From positions 1 to 64,000 of the forward strand of contig JAVCBU010000014.1 of NCBI GenBank assembly GCA_037917685.1: 64,000 nucleotides of DNA, given 5' to 3'. This document shows, piece by piece, positions 1-10,266 of this stretch; within the stretch, counting starts at the first letter, position 1; each line of letters starts with the position of its first letter. Both the position numbers and the translations under genes were made by a program. The stretch comes from Thermoproteota archaeon. Its GTDB lineage: Archaea > Korarchaeota > Korarchaeia > Korarchaeales > JAOZGB01. The notes beneath the pieces are model-generated. The model made no database searches and was not told the DNA's origin. It saw nothing but the letters and a program-made list of their open reading frames with translations.

Positions 1-351
1 CAGGTTGCGGATTAGAAAGCTGAAAAGCATGTCCCTGTCATCGAGGTTCTTGAGGTGAGGAAGGGCAGGGTAACCGTTGGGAAGGAAATACCTCATCCAA
101 ATACTACTGAGCACCATATAAGATATATCGAGCTAATATTCCATCCGGAAGGCGAGAAATTTCCCTTCCACGTGGGAAGAGCGAAATTTACAGCACACGG
201 CGAATCTGTAAAGGGCCCTAACACAAGCACAGTCTACACAGAGCCTGTTGCACAGTTCACCTTCAAAACAGGGAAACCTGGAATGCTAATAGCACTCTCC
301 TACTGCAATATACATGGTCTCTGGAAGGGAGAAGAACAGCTGAGAATCTAA
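1..351 (+). pseudogene. sor: Superoxide reductase (neelaredoxin-type), 5' end outside window, in-frame TAG at 13-15
   Basis: Frame 1 reads QVAD*KAEKHVPVIE...HPNTTEHHI...YCNIHGLW. SOR iron-ligand motifs are present; TAG sits at the conserved Trp of DWKxEKHVP. Confidence 0.8.
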
Positions 352-783
352 ATGGCCATATAGCCTGTACATGCGACTATGCCTAAATAGAAGACTGGCG
401 AACAGCTGATACCCATTTTTAAGGGGAGAGCTCTTCACATTATCTTTTTACAACCTTCTGTTCTTCAACACTTACAAACAATAATGGTAAGAAGGAATTC
501 CTCCCCCAGCGTAAATCTGGCTTTTAACCACGAAGCCACTTGGGGGCTGGAAGAAAAACACTGTGTGGAGAGCAATAGTTACGAGTAGAAAGAAACAACG
601 TCCAAATGTTTTGATAAGAAATAAGAACAAATTCAATTCACTACACGCCATCCATCAATAGAGTTAAAACTTTACTTTACAAAAATAGAAGATTTTACTA
701 ACGATAATCATGATGTAAAACTATAAATGCAACCCCCATAGTGGGGCCATAATGCTTCACGATATCGCTGCTTTATCCAGACT

Positions 784-1881
784 TTACGATGAGATGGCGT
801 GTTTTAAACCCGACCCTGTTAGGGGCATTAGTACTTTACTCCCTCTCTCAATCTCCCCATCCACTATAAGTTTTAGAATCGCAGCGTGGGCTGTAGCACT
901 GGTTGGCTCCACTAGAAAACCTGCTTTTAAGAGTTGGCTCCAGGAGTCCCTTATAGCATCATCATTGAGCGTTACACATGTCCCCTCGGTGGATCTGATG
1001 GCATCCAGTATTTCACTCTTTCTAGGCGGTTTTTCTATCCTTATTCCATCTGCTAAGGTTGACTTTTCATCGCATTCTACCTTTCTTATTTCCTGACATA
1101 TCTGACTATATCCGCATGCTTGGACCCCTATAAGCCTGGGCATTTTACCTGCACCTAGCATGTGCAGGTCTTTGAATCCCTTGTAAAGGCCTAGGATTAG
1201 GGTTCCGCTGCCAACCGGGGCGACAGCGTAGTCGAACGGGCCTGACTGCTCTTGGGACTCATAGGCTATCGTTTTAACCCCCTCTATGAAGTAGGGGTTC
1301 CACCAGTGTCCAACGTACGCTGAAGTCCCACGCTCTGAGGCCCCTATCGCCTCTCGGTTTACGTTCTCCCTGCCTCCCCCCACAAGGTGGAGGTCTGCCC
1401 CCAGAAGTCTTAGAATACTTATCTTGCCGGGGGGAGCGTCGCTTGGCACGTAGACGTGGACTTTCAACCCGGCTACGGACCCGTAGAGGCTGAACGCAAT
1501 GGCTGAGTTCCCACTTGAGTCTACAACAATATCTCTCAGGCCGTACTCGACAGCTTTCGCAACACTTACAGCCGCGCCCCTATCCTTAAAAGACCCGCTT
1601 GGGTTAAGATATTCAAGCTTATAGTATACCCGAACTCCTTTGATGGCTACTTCTACAATGGGGGTTCCCCCGATGGGGATTCGTGGTAGATCTTCAACTC
1701 TTACCGGTAAAAGCCTATGATACCTCTTTACTCCGTGGCCCGCGTCAACATAATCTTTGAAATCCCCGGTTAACGTGTATTTTACTGTCAACGGCTGTCC
1801 GCATGGCTCGTGCCTCCACATCCATCTAGAGCCGTCGAGTTCAGCCTTGCATCCCAAGCATTGGAGTCTGTATTCTAACAC
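784..1881 (-). CDS. Threonine synthase-like PLP-dependent enzyme
   Basis: N-terminal CxxC, NPSGSFKDRG PLP-lysine motif, SSGN, VEPTSA, LTGSGLK. Confidence 0.85.
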   Translation of the reverse strand: MLEYRLQCLGCKAELDGSRWMWRHEPCGQPLTVKYTLTGDFKDYVDAGHGVKRYHRLLPVRVEDLPRIPIGGTPIVEVAIKGVRVYYKLEYLNPSGSFKDRGAAVSVAKAVEYGLRDIVVDSSGNSAIAFSLYGSVAGLKVHVYVPSDAPPGKISILRLLGADLHLVGGGRENVNREAIGASERGTSAYVGHWWNPYFIEGVKTIAYESQEQSGPFDYAVAPVGSGTLILGLYKGFKDLHMLGAGKMPRLIGVQACGYSQICQEIRKVECDEKSTLADGIRIEKPPRKSEILDAIRSTEGTCVTLNDDAIRDSWSQLLKAGFLVEPTSATAHAAILKLIVDGEIERGSKVLMPLTGSGLKHAISS

Positions 1882-1928
1882 ATCATGGTATTCCTACTGA
1901 CAGCTTATATACCTGCTGTCATCCTATT

Positions 1929-2579
1929 TTACTCTTCAAATGTCCTCCGATAGAGTTCTATCGATAGTTCCATTGGGAACTGGGTGAACAGCTCCTTAAA
2001 TTCCTCCTCAATCCTTTTTCTTTGGATGCTTTTAGGTATGGTTATGAAGGTTAACTCGCAGTGGTCGTCTCCTCTCGCCTTACATGCTGTTTCCCTGGTG
2101 ATTGTGTAGTAGTCTATACCCCTCACGATGTCGAAGGTGTTTCCAGCCGCCTCGTAGGCCCCCGCTGGATAGCTGCAGGCCATTACTGGGTATTTGAACT
2201 CGCTACACCATGGACAGCTTCTATCCCTAACCTTAAGTACTATTACGGTTTCATCTCCCACTTTAGACTCGTATGCTTCAACTTCCGGGTCTGTACCGCT
2301 GAACAGGAGCCAGGCGGTTCTCCCTATGAATGCTATGTCCTTAACCCTCACCTCATACTTTCCCAGTTGAAGCCTTAGCTTGAGGAGGTACGCATGTCCC
2401 ATCTCATAGCCTCTTCTGAACATGATCTCGGCAGCCTTCTCGGGGCCGTGGATTTCCGCGAGCTCTGTCAGGCTTGATGTGTAAAGTTTGTTTAGGGTAT
2501 AGCTTGAGACCGTTGTCTCTCTTAGTGCTTTCATAAGCTTGACAGCCATGATAGCTGCCCCGGATGTTCTAAGACTCAA
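1929..2579 (-). CDS. V4R domain protein
   Basis: CPWC...C.YPAG...ETACKARGDDHCEL is the V4R cysteine pattern. Confidence 0.8.
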   Translation of the reverse strand: MSLRTSGAAIMAVKLMKALRETTVSSYTLNKLYTSSLTELAEIHGPEKAAEIMFRRGYEMGHAYLLKLRLQLGKYEVRVKDIAFIGRTAWLLFSGTDPEVEAYESKVGDETVIVLKVRDRSCPWCSEFKYPVMACSYPAGAYEAAGNTFDIVRGIDYYTITRETACKARGDDHCELTFITIPKSIQRKRIEEEFKELFTQFPMELSIELYRRTFEE

Positions 2580-2994
2580 CTTTAACCTCCCTCCTCAACT
2601 CCTTAAGATAGCCCTTACTTAAAAGCTCAGCAGTCGTAATCCTGACCTTAAATTTCGGCATACCAAGGATGCCCGCGATCCTCTCGATACTTCTGTTGCC
2701 GTCGCACAATGCCAGAATGGCAAGCTTCTCCCTGGGGAGCCTATCCGTTGAGGGCATCTCTTCATTCTTGACAGGGACGGGGATTTCAACCTCAACCACC
2801 CGGCCAGGCTTCTTCGAAAAGGTTCTACTCCACGTATTAGCTTCCCCATCCACAAATATCATAAGTAGATGGTCTCCATGATCAAAAGTTAGCACTTCAG
2901 GAATACCTCTTTCAGAGGCCTTTTTGGCTGCATCGTTAATGTCAATCTCAACATCTATCCCGCAGTAATCACACTTAACCCTATCCGGGCTCAA
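2569..2994 (-). CDS. Zn-finger (CxxC...HxxH) plus C-terminal winged-helix protein
   Basis: CDYCG...DHGDH; ILALCDGNRSIERIA...AELLSKGYL; overlaps the V4R gene. Confidence 0.7.
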   Translation of the reverse strand: MSPDRVKCDYCGIDVEIDINDAAKKASERGIPEVLTFDHGDHLLMIFVDGEANTWSRTFSKKPGRVVEVEIPVPVKNEEMPSTDRLPREKLAILALCDGNRSIERIAGILGMPKFKVRITTAELLSKGYLKELRREVKVES

Positions 2995-3120
2995 CGATTC
3001 AACCTCGAACAGTAATAATTTTAAAGTTAATCCTCTACTCCTCCAAGGACCAGTATAAAACCTGCTATGAAAATTGCAGGTATCCAGTATTGTTAGGGGG
3101 TTAAAAATTTATTTTGTTAG

Positions 3121-4395
3121 ATGCTTGTTTCACTTGTTTCCGTGATGAAGTCGGACGTTGTGGTTGTTGGTGCTGGACCATCCGGCTCGACGTGTGCTTG
3201 GCACCTCGCCGATAAAGGCTTCAAAGTAACCATTCTCGAATGGAAGGCCATTCCTAGAATGAAACTGTGCGGCGGGGCTTTAAGTGATGAGGTTTTCAAG
3301 CTTCTAGGGTTTAAGCCTGAGGTTGAGGAGTATGTTGATGTTGACACGGTTCTTTTCTACTCCCCTAGCGGAAACAGCTACATTTACAACTACAGGGAGA
3401 GTGTAGGAGCGCTCATCCCAAGGTACAGGTTTGACGAGCAGCTTGTGGCTATGGCGAGGGATGCTGGGGCGTCGGTACATACTGGGAAACAGGTTACCGG
3501 TTTGAAATGGGGTGGAGAGGGTGTGAAAGTTTACTGCAGGGACGGTTCGTCATATGAGGCTGACGTGGTTGTTGGAGCCGACGGATTCTCGTCAATTGTT
3601 AGTAGGGATGCGGGCTTAACCCCTGAGGGATGGTATGAGAGAAATGCTTTCTGCCCCGTTGCCTTGATTCCGAAGAAGTATGAGGAGGGTGAGCCTCAGA
3701 CGGAGTTCTACTTTGGCGTTTTTGGTGAGGGTTACGCGTGGATCTTTAGACACTATGATCATCTGAATGTTGGGATAGGGACTTTCAGAAGGAACTACAC
3801 GGAGAACCCTAGGAGTGTGCTTATCAGCTTCATGAGGGGGAATAAGGTTGCAGCTGAAAGGGTTAAGGGTGCAGACTTTAAGAGGATGAAGGTTTACGGC
3901 GCCTATATACCCTATGATGGAGCTAAACCCAAGATCTACGGGGATCGGGTGCTACTGGTAGGCGATGCAGCCGGCTTGGTTTCAACCCTTACGGGGGAGG
4001 GGATAAGATACGCTATCAAGTCTGGAATTATAGCTGCCGAGGTGCTTGAGGAGAAGCTTATCTCTGGCGGGCTTTCCGAGGGCCATCTTAAAATATACCA
4101 GGACAGGTGTCTTGGGGATCCCTCTATTCGGAGAATCCTTGCATTCGGCAGGGTGATAAGGGACATAATGTTCAGCGACTTGGAAACCCTGTCAAAGCTT
4201 GTGGATCTTATAGGCGGGAATCCTGAGATGAAGAAGATGTTTGTGGATCTAATTTTCACTAGAGGTGACTATAGGGATCTATTGTTGCAAATGCTTCCCA
4301 ACATACCGATGAAGCTGAAGCTTAGCATTTTCAGGCATGCACCAGCTGAAACCGTAAAACTGCTTGCCGGTGTAGCAGACCCTTTTTTTAAGTAG
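3121..4395 (+). CDS. Geranylgeranyl reductase family FAD oxidoreductase (true start probably 3145)
   Basis: VVGAGPSG, CGGAL, GADG, GYAWIF, GDAAGLV...GEGI. Confidence 0.88.
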   Translation: MLVSLVSVMKSDVVVVGAGPSGSTCAWHLADKGFKVTILEWKAIPRMKLCGGALSDEVFKLLGFKPEVEEYVDVDTVLFYSPSGNSYIYNYRESVGALIPRYRFDEQLVAMARDAGASVHTGKQVTGLKWGGEGVKVYCRDGSSYEADVVVGADGFSSIVSRDAGLTPEGWYERNAFCPVALIPKKYEEGEPQTEFYFGVFGEGYAWIFRHYDHLNVGIGTFRRNYTENPRSVLISFMRGNKVAAERVKGADFKRMKVYGAYIPYDGAKPKIYGDRVLLVGDAAGLVSTLTGEGIRYAIKSGIIAAEVLEEKLISGGLSEGHLKIYQDRCLGDPSIRRILAFGRVIRDIMFSDLETLSKLVDLIGGNPEMKKMFVDLIFTRGDYRDLLLQMLPNIPMKLKLSIFRHAPAETVKLLAGVADPFFK

Positions 4396-4403
4396 GTGTC
4401 TGG

Positions 4404-4880
4404 ATGGAAATTAGGCTTAGGATGGTTCTTAACATGCTGCGTGACGCTGAAAGTACATGCGTGGTTGAGGGCGAAGGGCTCAACGTATTTGTAGTTAATG
4501 GTAGACCGCTAGCCGTAGAGGCATATGGAAAATTTGGAAGGCAGGCATTAGAGGCTAATCCACCGGTTAGTAGAGCTGAGATTAAAAGGGTAAAGCTTGA
4601 TAAAATTATAGATGAGATTAAAGGCGAAACGATATTTTCCGAAAAGGTTAGGGCTAAGCTTATCGAAGGGTTAATATCATACTTCTCCCAGTCTGAGAGA
4701 CGCCTGATAGCTGAAATCAACGGCTACGTAGTAATATATGATGGGGGGAAGCCAGCAGTGGCTCTAAATGTTAATGAAGAAAAGTGGATGCCAGGCCTAC
4801 CAGACCTAACTTCTAAGGAGGAGGTAAAAATTACAGCGTACAGGGTAAAGAAGGAGTATGCGGAGAGGCTTATCTTGTAG
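4404..4880 (+). CDS. Hypothetical protein, apparently two similar beta-rich halves
   Basis: Co-oriented ORF with GGTG RBS; VFVVNGRPLAV resembles VIYDGGKPAVA. Confidence 0.6.
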   Translation: MEIRLRMVLNMLRDAESTCVVEGEGLNVFVVNGRPLAVEAYGKFGRQALEANPPVSRAEIKRVKLDKIIDEIKGETIFSEKVRAKLIEGLISYFSQSERRLIAEINGYVVIYDGGKPAVALNVNEEKWMPGLPDLTSKEEVKITAYRVKKEYAERLIL

Positions 4881-5027
4881 AGCGCGGCTGAGGGCTGTGA
4901 TCCAACTATTCAGAGGCTGTACGCCCGCCTCAAGGCAGTAGAGATGGCTTATGGAAAGATGGGTTATTAAATCCAAACTTGTATATTTTTAAGACTCCAA
5001 CGTGGGCTATTATCTTTGGGGTTGTAA

Positions 5028-5981
5028 TTGTCGGTTTCACCAGAGCTGGTTGAAAAGATAGCCCAGGCTGTGGCTGAGAGCTTCGCTCAGGCATTGAAGC
5101 AGCCGGCCAAGCCTTCCAGCGAGTGGGAGATTGTCGAGGAGCCTTTCGAGAAGCCCGTCGAGGAGGCTCCGTCGAAGCTTATACTAATGGCTGACAGCTC
5201 CCCCGATGCTATTAAGGAGCTTAAGCCTCTCCAAACAGGCACCATTCTTGACGAGCTTTTCATCTCTGCTGACGGTAGCTCGCTCGGTGGAATCCCAGTT
5301 TGCGGTCAATTCATAATTACTGGGCTTCCAGGTAGTGGTAAGAGCATTCTAGTTGAAGAAGTAGCTGTTAGAACGGCATACTCTGGTCTCAAGGTTCTGT
5401 TCGTGACTAGCGAGGACCAGTGGAAGGCTGGAACCGAGAGGTTTGACCTACAATCTAGAATGGCTAAGAAGGCTGAAATACTGGGGTTAGACTGGGGTAG
5501 GGTTGCCGAGAACCTCTACGTCCTCGACGCAGCAACTTACCCCGAGCTTAGAGAGTGGGAAAGGTTTGTCGAATCTTATAGATACGCTATCGAACGGTAC
5601 AAGATAGACCTTGTCATAATAGATTCCCTAACCCTTCTTGAAGCCTACAGGGGTGCATTAAAGTACAGGCTGGCAGAGCTCATGAGGTACAACCAGAACG
5701 CTGGTGTCACAGCTATATTCATAAATCAAAGGTCGGCAGAGAGGTGGGACACCTACGATATAGCAGGGGGAATAGGCTTGGCTCACCTTGCCGATGGAAC
5801 CATAATCGTTGACTATGGCCGTGTATACTATGAGGACCAGATGAGGGAGCTTAACGCCAAACGTGGAGAATTCGTGAGGATAGTGAGAGTCTTGGACTGC
5901 AGGCTAACCGGCTTTAGAAGGGAGAGAATAAGGGTTAAAATAACGGACGATGGGTTCCTCAGGAAGGCTGATGCTGGATGA
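5028..5981 (+). CDS. KaiC/RAD55-like RecA-fold ATPase (thermophile single-domain KaiC-like family)
   Basis: TG.LDELF...LGGIP, Walker A GLPGSGKS, Walker B VIIDS, HLADGTI. Confidence 0.85.
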   Translation: MSVSPELVEKIAQAVAESFAQALKQPAKPSSEWEIVEEPFEKPVEEAPSKLILMADSSPDAIKELKPLQTGTILDELFISADGSSLGGIPVCGQFIITGLPGSGKSILVEEVAVRTAYSGLKVLFVTSEDQWKAGTERFDLQSRMAKKAEILGLDWGRVAENLYVLDAATYPELREWERFVESYRYAIERYKIDLVIIDSLTLLEAYRGALKYRLAELMRYNQNAGVTAIFINQRSAERWDTYDIAGGIGLAHLADGTIIVDYGRVYYEDQMRELNAKRGEFVRIVRVLDCRLTGFRRERIRVKITDDGFLRKADAG

Positions 5982-7753
5982 GCCTGGTTAAGCCTCCATC
6001 TTTCAGGGAGCTCTCAAGCAGGATGGGGGAGGCTGAAGCTGTAAGATATCTACTCCTGATAGGCTACACCCCGGCCAAGGTTGTAGCAGAGTCCGGCCTT
6101 CCGTATCATAGAGTCCTACTTTACAAGGAGGGCGTCAAAAGCCTTAAGGGCTTGGAGTTTTCGAAGCTTGCCTCTTTCTACGAGCGTCTATCAGCTGTAA
6201 GAAGCAGGAAGGCGAAGGAGGCGCTGATATCAAGATTCCTATCATCTAGGATTCTGCCTGTGGATGTAATGGTTAATCTTCTAACAGCTAAGCCCTTCAA
6301 GAACCTGGGAGTCGGCCCTGGAACGGTTAGAGACTCCTTGGCACTGGCTTCAAGGTGGTCGCCTGAGAGGGTTGAAGCTCTTTACAGAGAGTATGGCGAG
6401 TATGGAGAGGTAGCATACCTCATTTTAAAGGGGACTGGCATGCCGCTGTCTGTCAAGGAGGTTTATCTCACGCTAAGACTTCTCCCAAGGCTAGCCCGTG
6501 ATGGTCGGGTGAAGGTTCTGTCAAGTCTTCTGTCCTCTTCCTCCAGGATAGAGGGGAAATACATCGTTAGACTGGCTCTTGGAGACCTTAAACTAGGCTT
6601 TAAGGAAAATACCTTGCTCATTGCTGCTTCCAAAGCCTTCGGTGTGGATAGGCGGCTTCTTGAGAATGCTTCGGCGATTAAAGGTTTAGTTGAGGCTTGT
6701 AGGCTCGCCTCCGTAGGGGAGTACATGCTCAGACTCGTGGAGCTAAAGCCAGGGGTACCCTTCAAACCTATGCTGGCACACCTGTACCGGGAGGATAAGG
6801 TCAAGTTTCCCGTAAGGGTAGAGTTAAAATATGATGGGTCAAGGCTTCAAATCCATAAGATGAGTGATAAAATAGGACTTTACACCAGGAGGCTTGTGGA
6901 GAAATCTAACGTACTACCTGAGGTTGTTGAGATTGCGATGGGCTTCAACGCTGACAGCTGCATTGTCGACTGTGAAGTCATAGCTGTAGATGATAAGGGC
7001 AACCCTCTCCCATTCCAGTACCTTCTCGAAAGAACTCTTCCAAGGAAATTTGAACTCGAAAGGGTGGAAAAGGTTAGAGTCACAATTAGAGCCTTTGACA
7101 TAGTCTACTATGACGGTAAAAGCCTTGTCTCTACTCCCCTCTATGAGAGAATACCGATACTTATGAGCGTGGTTCCAGAAGAGTTCCTCGCTGAGGGAAA
7201 AACCTGTACTACGCCAGGGGAAGTCGAAAAATACTTTAGGGAGGCTGTAGACAGGGGATATGAAGGTGTAATGGTTAAGGCTTTAGACTCTATCTACGAG
7301 CCAGGGAAGAGAACTTATACATGGCTTAAACTAAAGCCGTTGAGAGACACCATAGATGCTGTAGTGGTGAAAGCCTACTATGGTACAGGCCTTAGAGCAG
7401 GCTATTACTCATCACTCCTCCTTGCAGTTAGAGATCCAGAAGTAAGGAAGCTATACACCATTGGGAGAGTTTCAAACATCTCTGAGGAGCTGATGGACAG
7501 GCTTAAGGCAAGATTTGACCAGCTTATAGTTAGAAGAGATAGGGAGGGAGTGGTTCTGAAGCCGGAGGTGGTGGTTGAGGTCACCTACATGGAAATCCAG
7601 AAATCGCCGGAGTATAGTAGTGGATACGCTCTAAGGGTTCCAAAGATCGTTAGAGTAAGGAGTGATAAGACTGTTGAGGAGATAGACACCGTTGACAAGA
7701 TCAGGGAGCTCTACACGTCCCAGACATCTGGAAAGGCTGATGTGAAGCCCTAG
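5978..7753 (+). CDS. lig: ATP-dependent DNA ligase with N-terminal extension
   Basis: Motifs ELKYDG, DCE, FDIVY, EGVMVK, WLKLK, LRVPK...RSDK; ATGA overlap with the KaiC-like gene. Confidence 0.92.
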   Translation: MSLVKPPSFRELSSRMGEAEAVRYLLLIGYTPAKVVAESGLPYHRVLLYKEGVKSLKGLEFSKLASFYERLSAVRSRKAKEALISRFLSSRILPVDVMVNLLTAKPFKNLGVGPGTVRDSLALASRWSPERVEALYREYGEYGEVAYLILKGTGMPLSVKEVYLTLRLLPRLARDGRVKVLSSLLSSSSRIEGKYIVRLALGDLKLGFKENTLLIAASKAFGVDRRLLENASAIKGLVEACRLASVGEYMLRLVELKPGVPFKPMLAHLYREDKVKFPVRVELKYDGSRLQIHKMSDKIGLYTRRLVEKSNVLPEVVEIAMGFNADSCIVDCEVIAVDDKGNPLPFQYLLERTLPRKFELERVEKVRVTIRAFDIVYYDGKSLVSTPLYERIPILMSVVPEEFLAEGKTCTTPGEVEKYFREAVDRGYEGVMVKALDSIYEPGKRTYTWLKLKPLRDTIDAVVVKAYYGTGLRAGYYSSLLLAVRDPEVRKLYTIGRVSNISEELMDRLKARFDQLIVRRDREGVVLKPEVVVEVTYMEIQKSPEYSSGYALRVPKIVRVRSDKTVEEIDTVDKIRELYTSQTSGKADVKP

Positions 7754-9735
7754 CTAGCCACGCTTTTTTCTATCTCTTGAAGCTCAGTGTTTATGAGGGT
7801 TGAGAGCCTCCTGTAAAGCTCCGGGTTTGCTTCACGGATTGACTCAAGCTTTATGGCAAGATCCATAAGCTGATACTTACTTGAGAGTACACGGCCTCTC
7901 CAGTAGCTTCTTGAGATTGAACGCCAGCCTCTCCTAACAGTGTCGTTCACAAGCTTCCAAGCTCTCCTGAGGATTTGTAGTTCGCGTTTTATCCCTCTCC
8001 TCTGGAAGTAATCATAGACCAGTGACAGCGTGAAAGATGCGATTACCACTAGGAGAAAGCCCGTGTATCTGGAGAGGAGTCTGTGCCTTATATCAGGGAC
8101 TGCTGTTAGTGCAGGGCCGAGGAGCTTGTAGGTTACAGCCGCGGTCATAAGTAGGAATAGTTTTACAAACCTGCTTCCCTGCTGTATCAGGGTGAAGAGG
8201 AACCATGCTATGAAAATATAGGCTATGCCATAGTTGACGATCTTAACGTCGAAGAAGTAAAAGCTGAAGGCAACCATGAGGAACACGGCTGATACGGCAA
8301 CTGGTCTGATTCTCGATATCTTTCCGGACCATTTTGAAATGTTAATCTCGGAAAGAGCTATTAGAGCCATGGATATTAATACTGCGAAGTCTGTGGTTTT
8401 TATTAGGAAGTCGGCGTCGCTGGTGGCTAGTATTAGGGCGGCTATGAATGTGAACAGCCAGCTGAAGCCGCTTATCTTCCTTGGAAGCTTAGCATCTGCG
8501 ATAAGCATTTCAAGATGCTTTGAGGCAGCTATATAGGCAGGGACGAATGTTGTCAGTATGGCCGACATGAAGGCTACGGATAAGAGGCCGGCTTCCCTTG
8601 TTCCCAGGAGGTTCATTGCTACGCTTATCATAGGGATCCTCTCCTCACCTATGTTCAGGCCTGAAACTGCGATACTGTAGAAAACGAAGAATGCCAGGGA
8701 AATAAGTACTGTAAAGACCATAGCATAGCCTGCAAAGGTGCTTTTCTTAATATTTCTAAATTTCCCGGATAACCTAGATAGGAGCGGGAAGCCTATTTCA
8801 TCTTTCATCTCATTGCTTATTGACTGTATCTCTTGGAAGCCGAAGATCAGCAGGTACGTGTACGCTGTTGCAAAGAATATTTCCCACGGCCTATCTTTCA
8901 CCTTCAAGAGCTCGTAGGTCAAGGTAATGTTCTCCCTCCTCACCAGGTAGACTGTAAACGTGTGCCTAATCAGGATTAACAGTAGCACTATCACAAGGGC
9001 AACCTGGAACCACATGAACCCCCTACTGTACTTCTCCCTGTAGAGGAGGCTAAACATGAACCATACCGTAAATATTAGAATTAGCGCGATGACTACAGCC
9101 GACGAGGTCCACTCTGGTAGGACCTTACCATTTAACATTGGAAATAGAGTCTTTAGGACGAAGTTGTAGAACATAAGCAGGTTGAAGGCCGAGAGTGCAG
9201 TATTTGCAACCCAAAGGTTAAATCTAGCCGTGAAGTACAAAGCCCCACTGCCAAACGCGGACTTAACGAATGCTGGTCCTCCGACCGGGATCTCCTCTTC
9301 ATCATGCTCTAGGGTTCTGAACATTCTAGAATAGCCAACGGCTAGGAGGGTTGAAGTCAAGCCTCCTATAGCAAGTCCTATGATTGTTGCTGCACCGTAA
9401 TGGCCCATCGCCAGGGGTAGAGCTACAAAGGTTGAGGTTCCAATTGTTGATCCTATTCCCACCGCTAGGCTCGTGAAGAAGCCGTAGATCTTTCTCGGCT
9501 CCCTTTTAATCTTCAGTTTTGGCGCTAGAAATCCCATATAGTCAAGATAGTCAGAGATATGTATGGCAGCCGACATGGTGAAAAGAATCAGAAGGATAAG
9601 GCCGAGTGCTACAATAGTTATCTCTGGAACCCCACCTATCAGCATTAGCAGGACTAGAAAGTCTAGAACGACGCACATCCAAAATATGAAAAGCTTAATA
9701 TAGGTGATCGCAGGCCTAAGATCCTCTATCCTCAT
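7750..9735 (-). CDS. APC-family amino acid permease-like transporter
   Basis: GIGSTIG, GG..FVKSAFG, FGFQEI motifs; more than 12 hydrophobic segments. Confidence 0.75.
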   Translation of the reverse strand: MRIEDLRPAITYIKLFIFWMCVVLDFLVLLMLIGGVPEITIVALGLILLILFTMSAAIHISDYLDYMGFLAPKLKIKREPRKIYGFFTSLAVGIGSTIGTSTFVALPLAMGHYGAATIIGLAIGGLTSTLLAVGYSRMFRTLEHDEEEIPVGGPAFVKSAFGSGALYFTARFNLWVANTALSAFNLLMFYNFVLKTLFPMLNGKVLPEWTSSAVVIALILIFTVWFMFSLLYREKYSRGFMWFQVALVIVLLLILIRHTFTVYLVRRENITLTYELLKVKDRPWEIFFATAYTYLLIFGFQEIQSISNEMKDEIGFPLLSRLSGKFRNIKKSTFAGYAMVFTVLISLAFFVFYSIAVSGLNIGEERIPMISVAMNLLGTREAGLLSVAFMSAILTTFVPAYIAASKHLEMLIADAKLPRKISGFSWLFTFIAALILATSDADFLIKTTDFAVLISMALIALSEINISKWSGKISRIRPVAVSAVFLMVAFSFYFFDVKIVNYGIAYIFIAWFLFTLIQQGSRFVKLFLLMTAAVTYKLLGPALTAVPDIRHRLLSRYTGFLLVVIASFTLSLVYDYFQRRGIKRELQILRRAWKLVNDTVRRGWRSISRSYWRGRVLSSKYQLMDLAIKLESIREANPELYRRLSTLINTELQEIEKSVAS

Positions 9736-9746
9736 GGGTCACCACT

Positions 9747-10181
9747 TCAGGGAAGCTTTCCAGACATTCTAAGGCTTTCTCCTGCGATCTTCGATACTAG
9801 AAGTGCGACGGCTATACATGCATATCCGAGGATTATTAGCAAGAGATTTATGCCGCTTGGACTGAAGGACGCGGTGTAGTTTACAAGTTGAGATATGAGG
9901 TTTGGGAGTTCACCCATCGAGTAGATCGGTACGACTAGTATGAGTCCTAGTACGAAGAAGATGACTGCTACGAACGCCATTATGATCCCGTAGGCTGCAG
10001 CCCAGAACTCATTTTCGTATAGTCTCGGATGTCTGATCATGTAGATAAACTTAATGGTTTCTAGGGAGCCTTCCTCCTCCAGCATTCTTAATGCTTTTAC
10101 AAGCCTAGCTCTATCACTCCCATACTTAGCCATAAACTCTGAAATGCTCTCTTCAAGTTTTTTAAGGGAGTTTTCTTTCAA
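9747..10181 (-). CDS. Hypothetical membrane protein (2 TM)
   Basis: Two hydrophobic helices; co-oriented and adjacent to the permease. Confidence 0.6.
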   Translation of the reverse strand: MKENSLKKLEESISEFMAKYGSDRARLVKALRMLEEEGSLETIKFIYMIRHPRLYENEFWAAAYGIIMAFVAVIFFVLGLILVVPIYSMGELPNLISQLVNYTASFSPSGINLLLIILGYACIAVALLVSKIAGESLRMSGKLP

Positions 10182-10266
10182 CCCTTATCTCTCTATGCAT
10201 ACATATTCAATCCCTTAAAAATGTATAGCAACAGCCTTAATATTCCACAGGCTAATCATATAAGAG

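Noticed and set aside
13-15. TAG recoding (pyrrolysine or alternative genetic code) in sor
   Set aside because: Many intact genes here end in TAG (for example 4880, 7753, 17437), no pyl genes are in the window, and the position corresponds to Trp (TGG).
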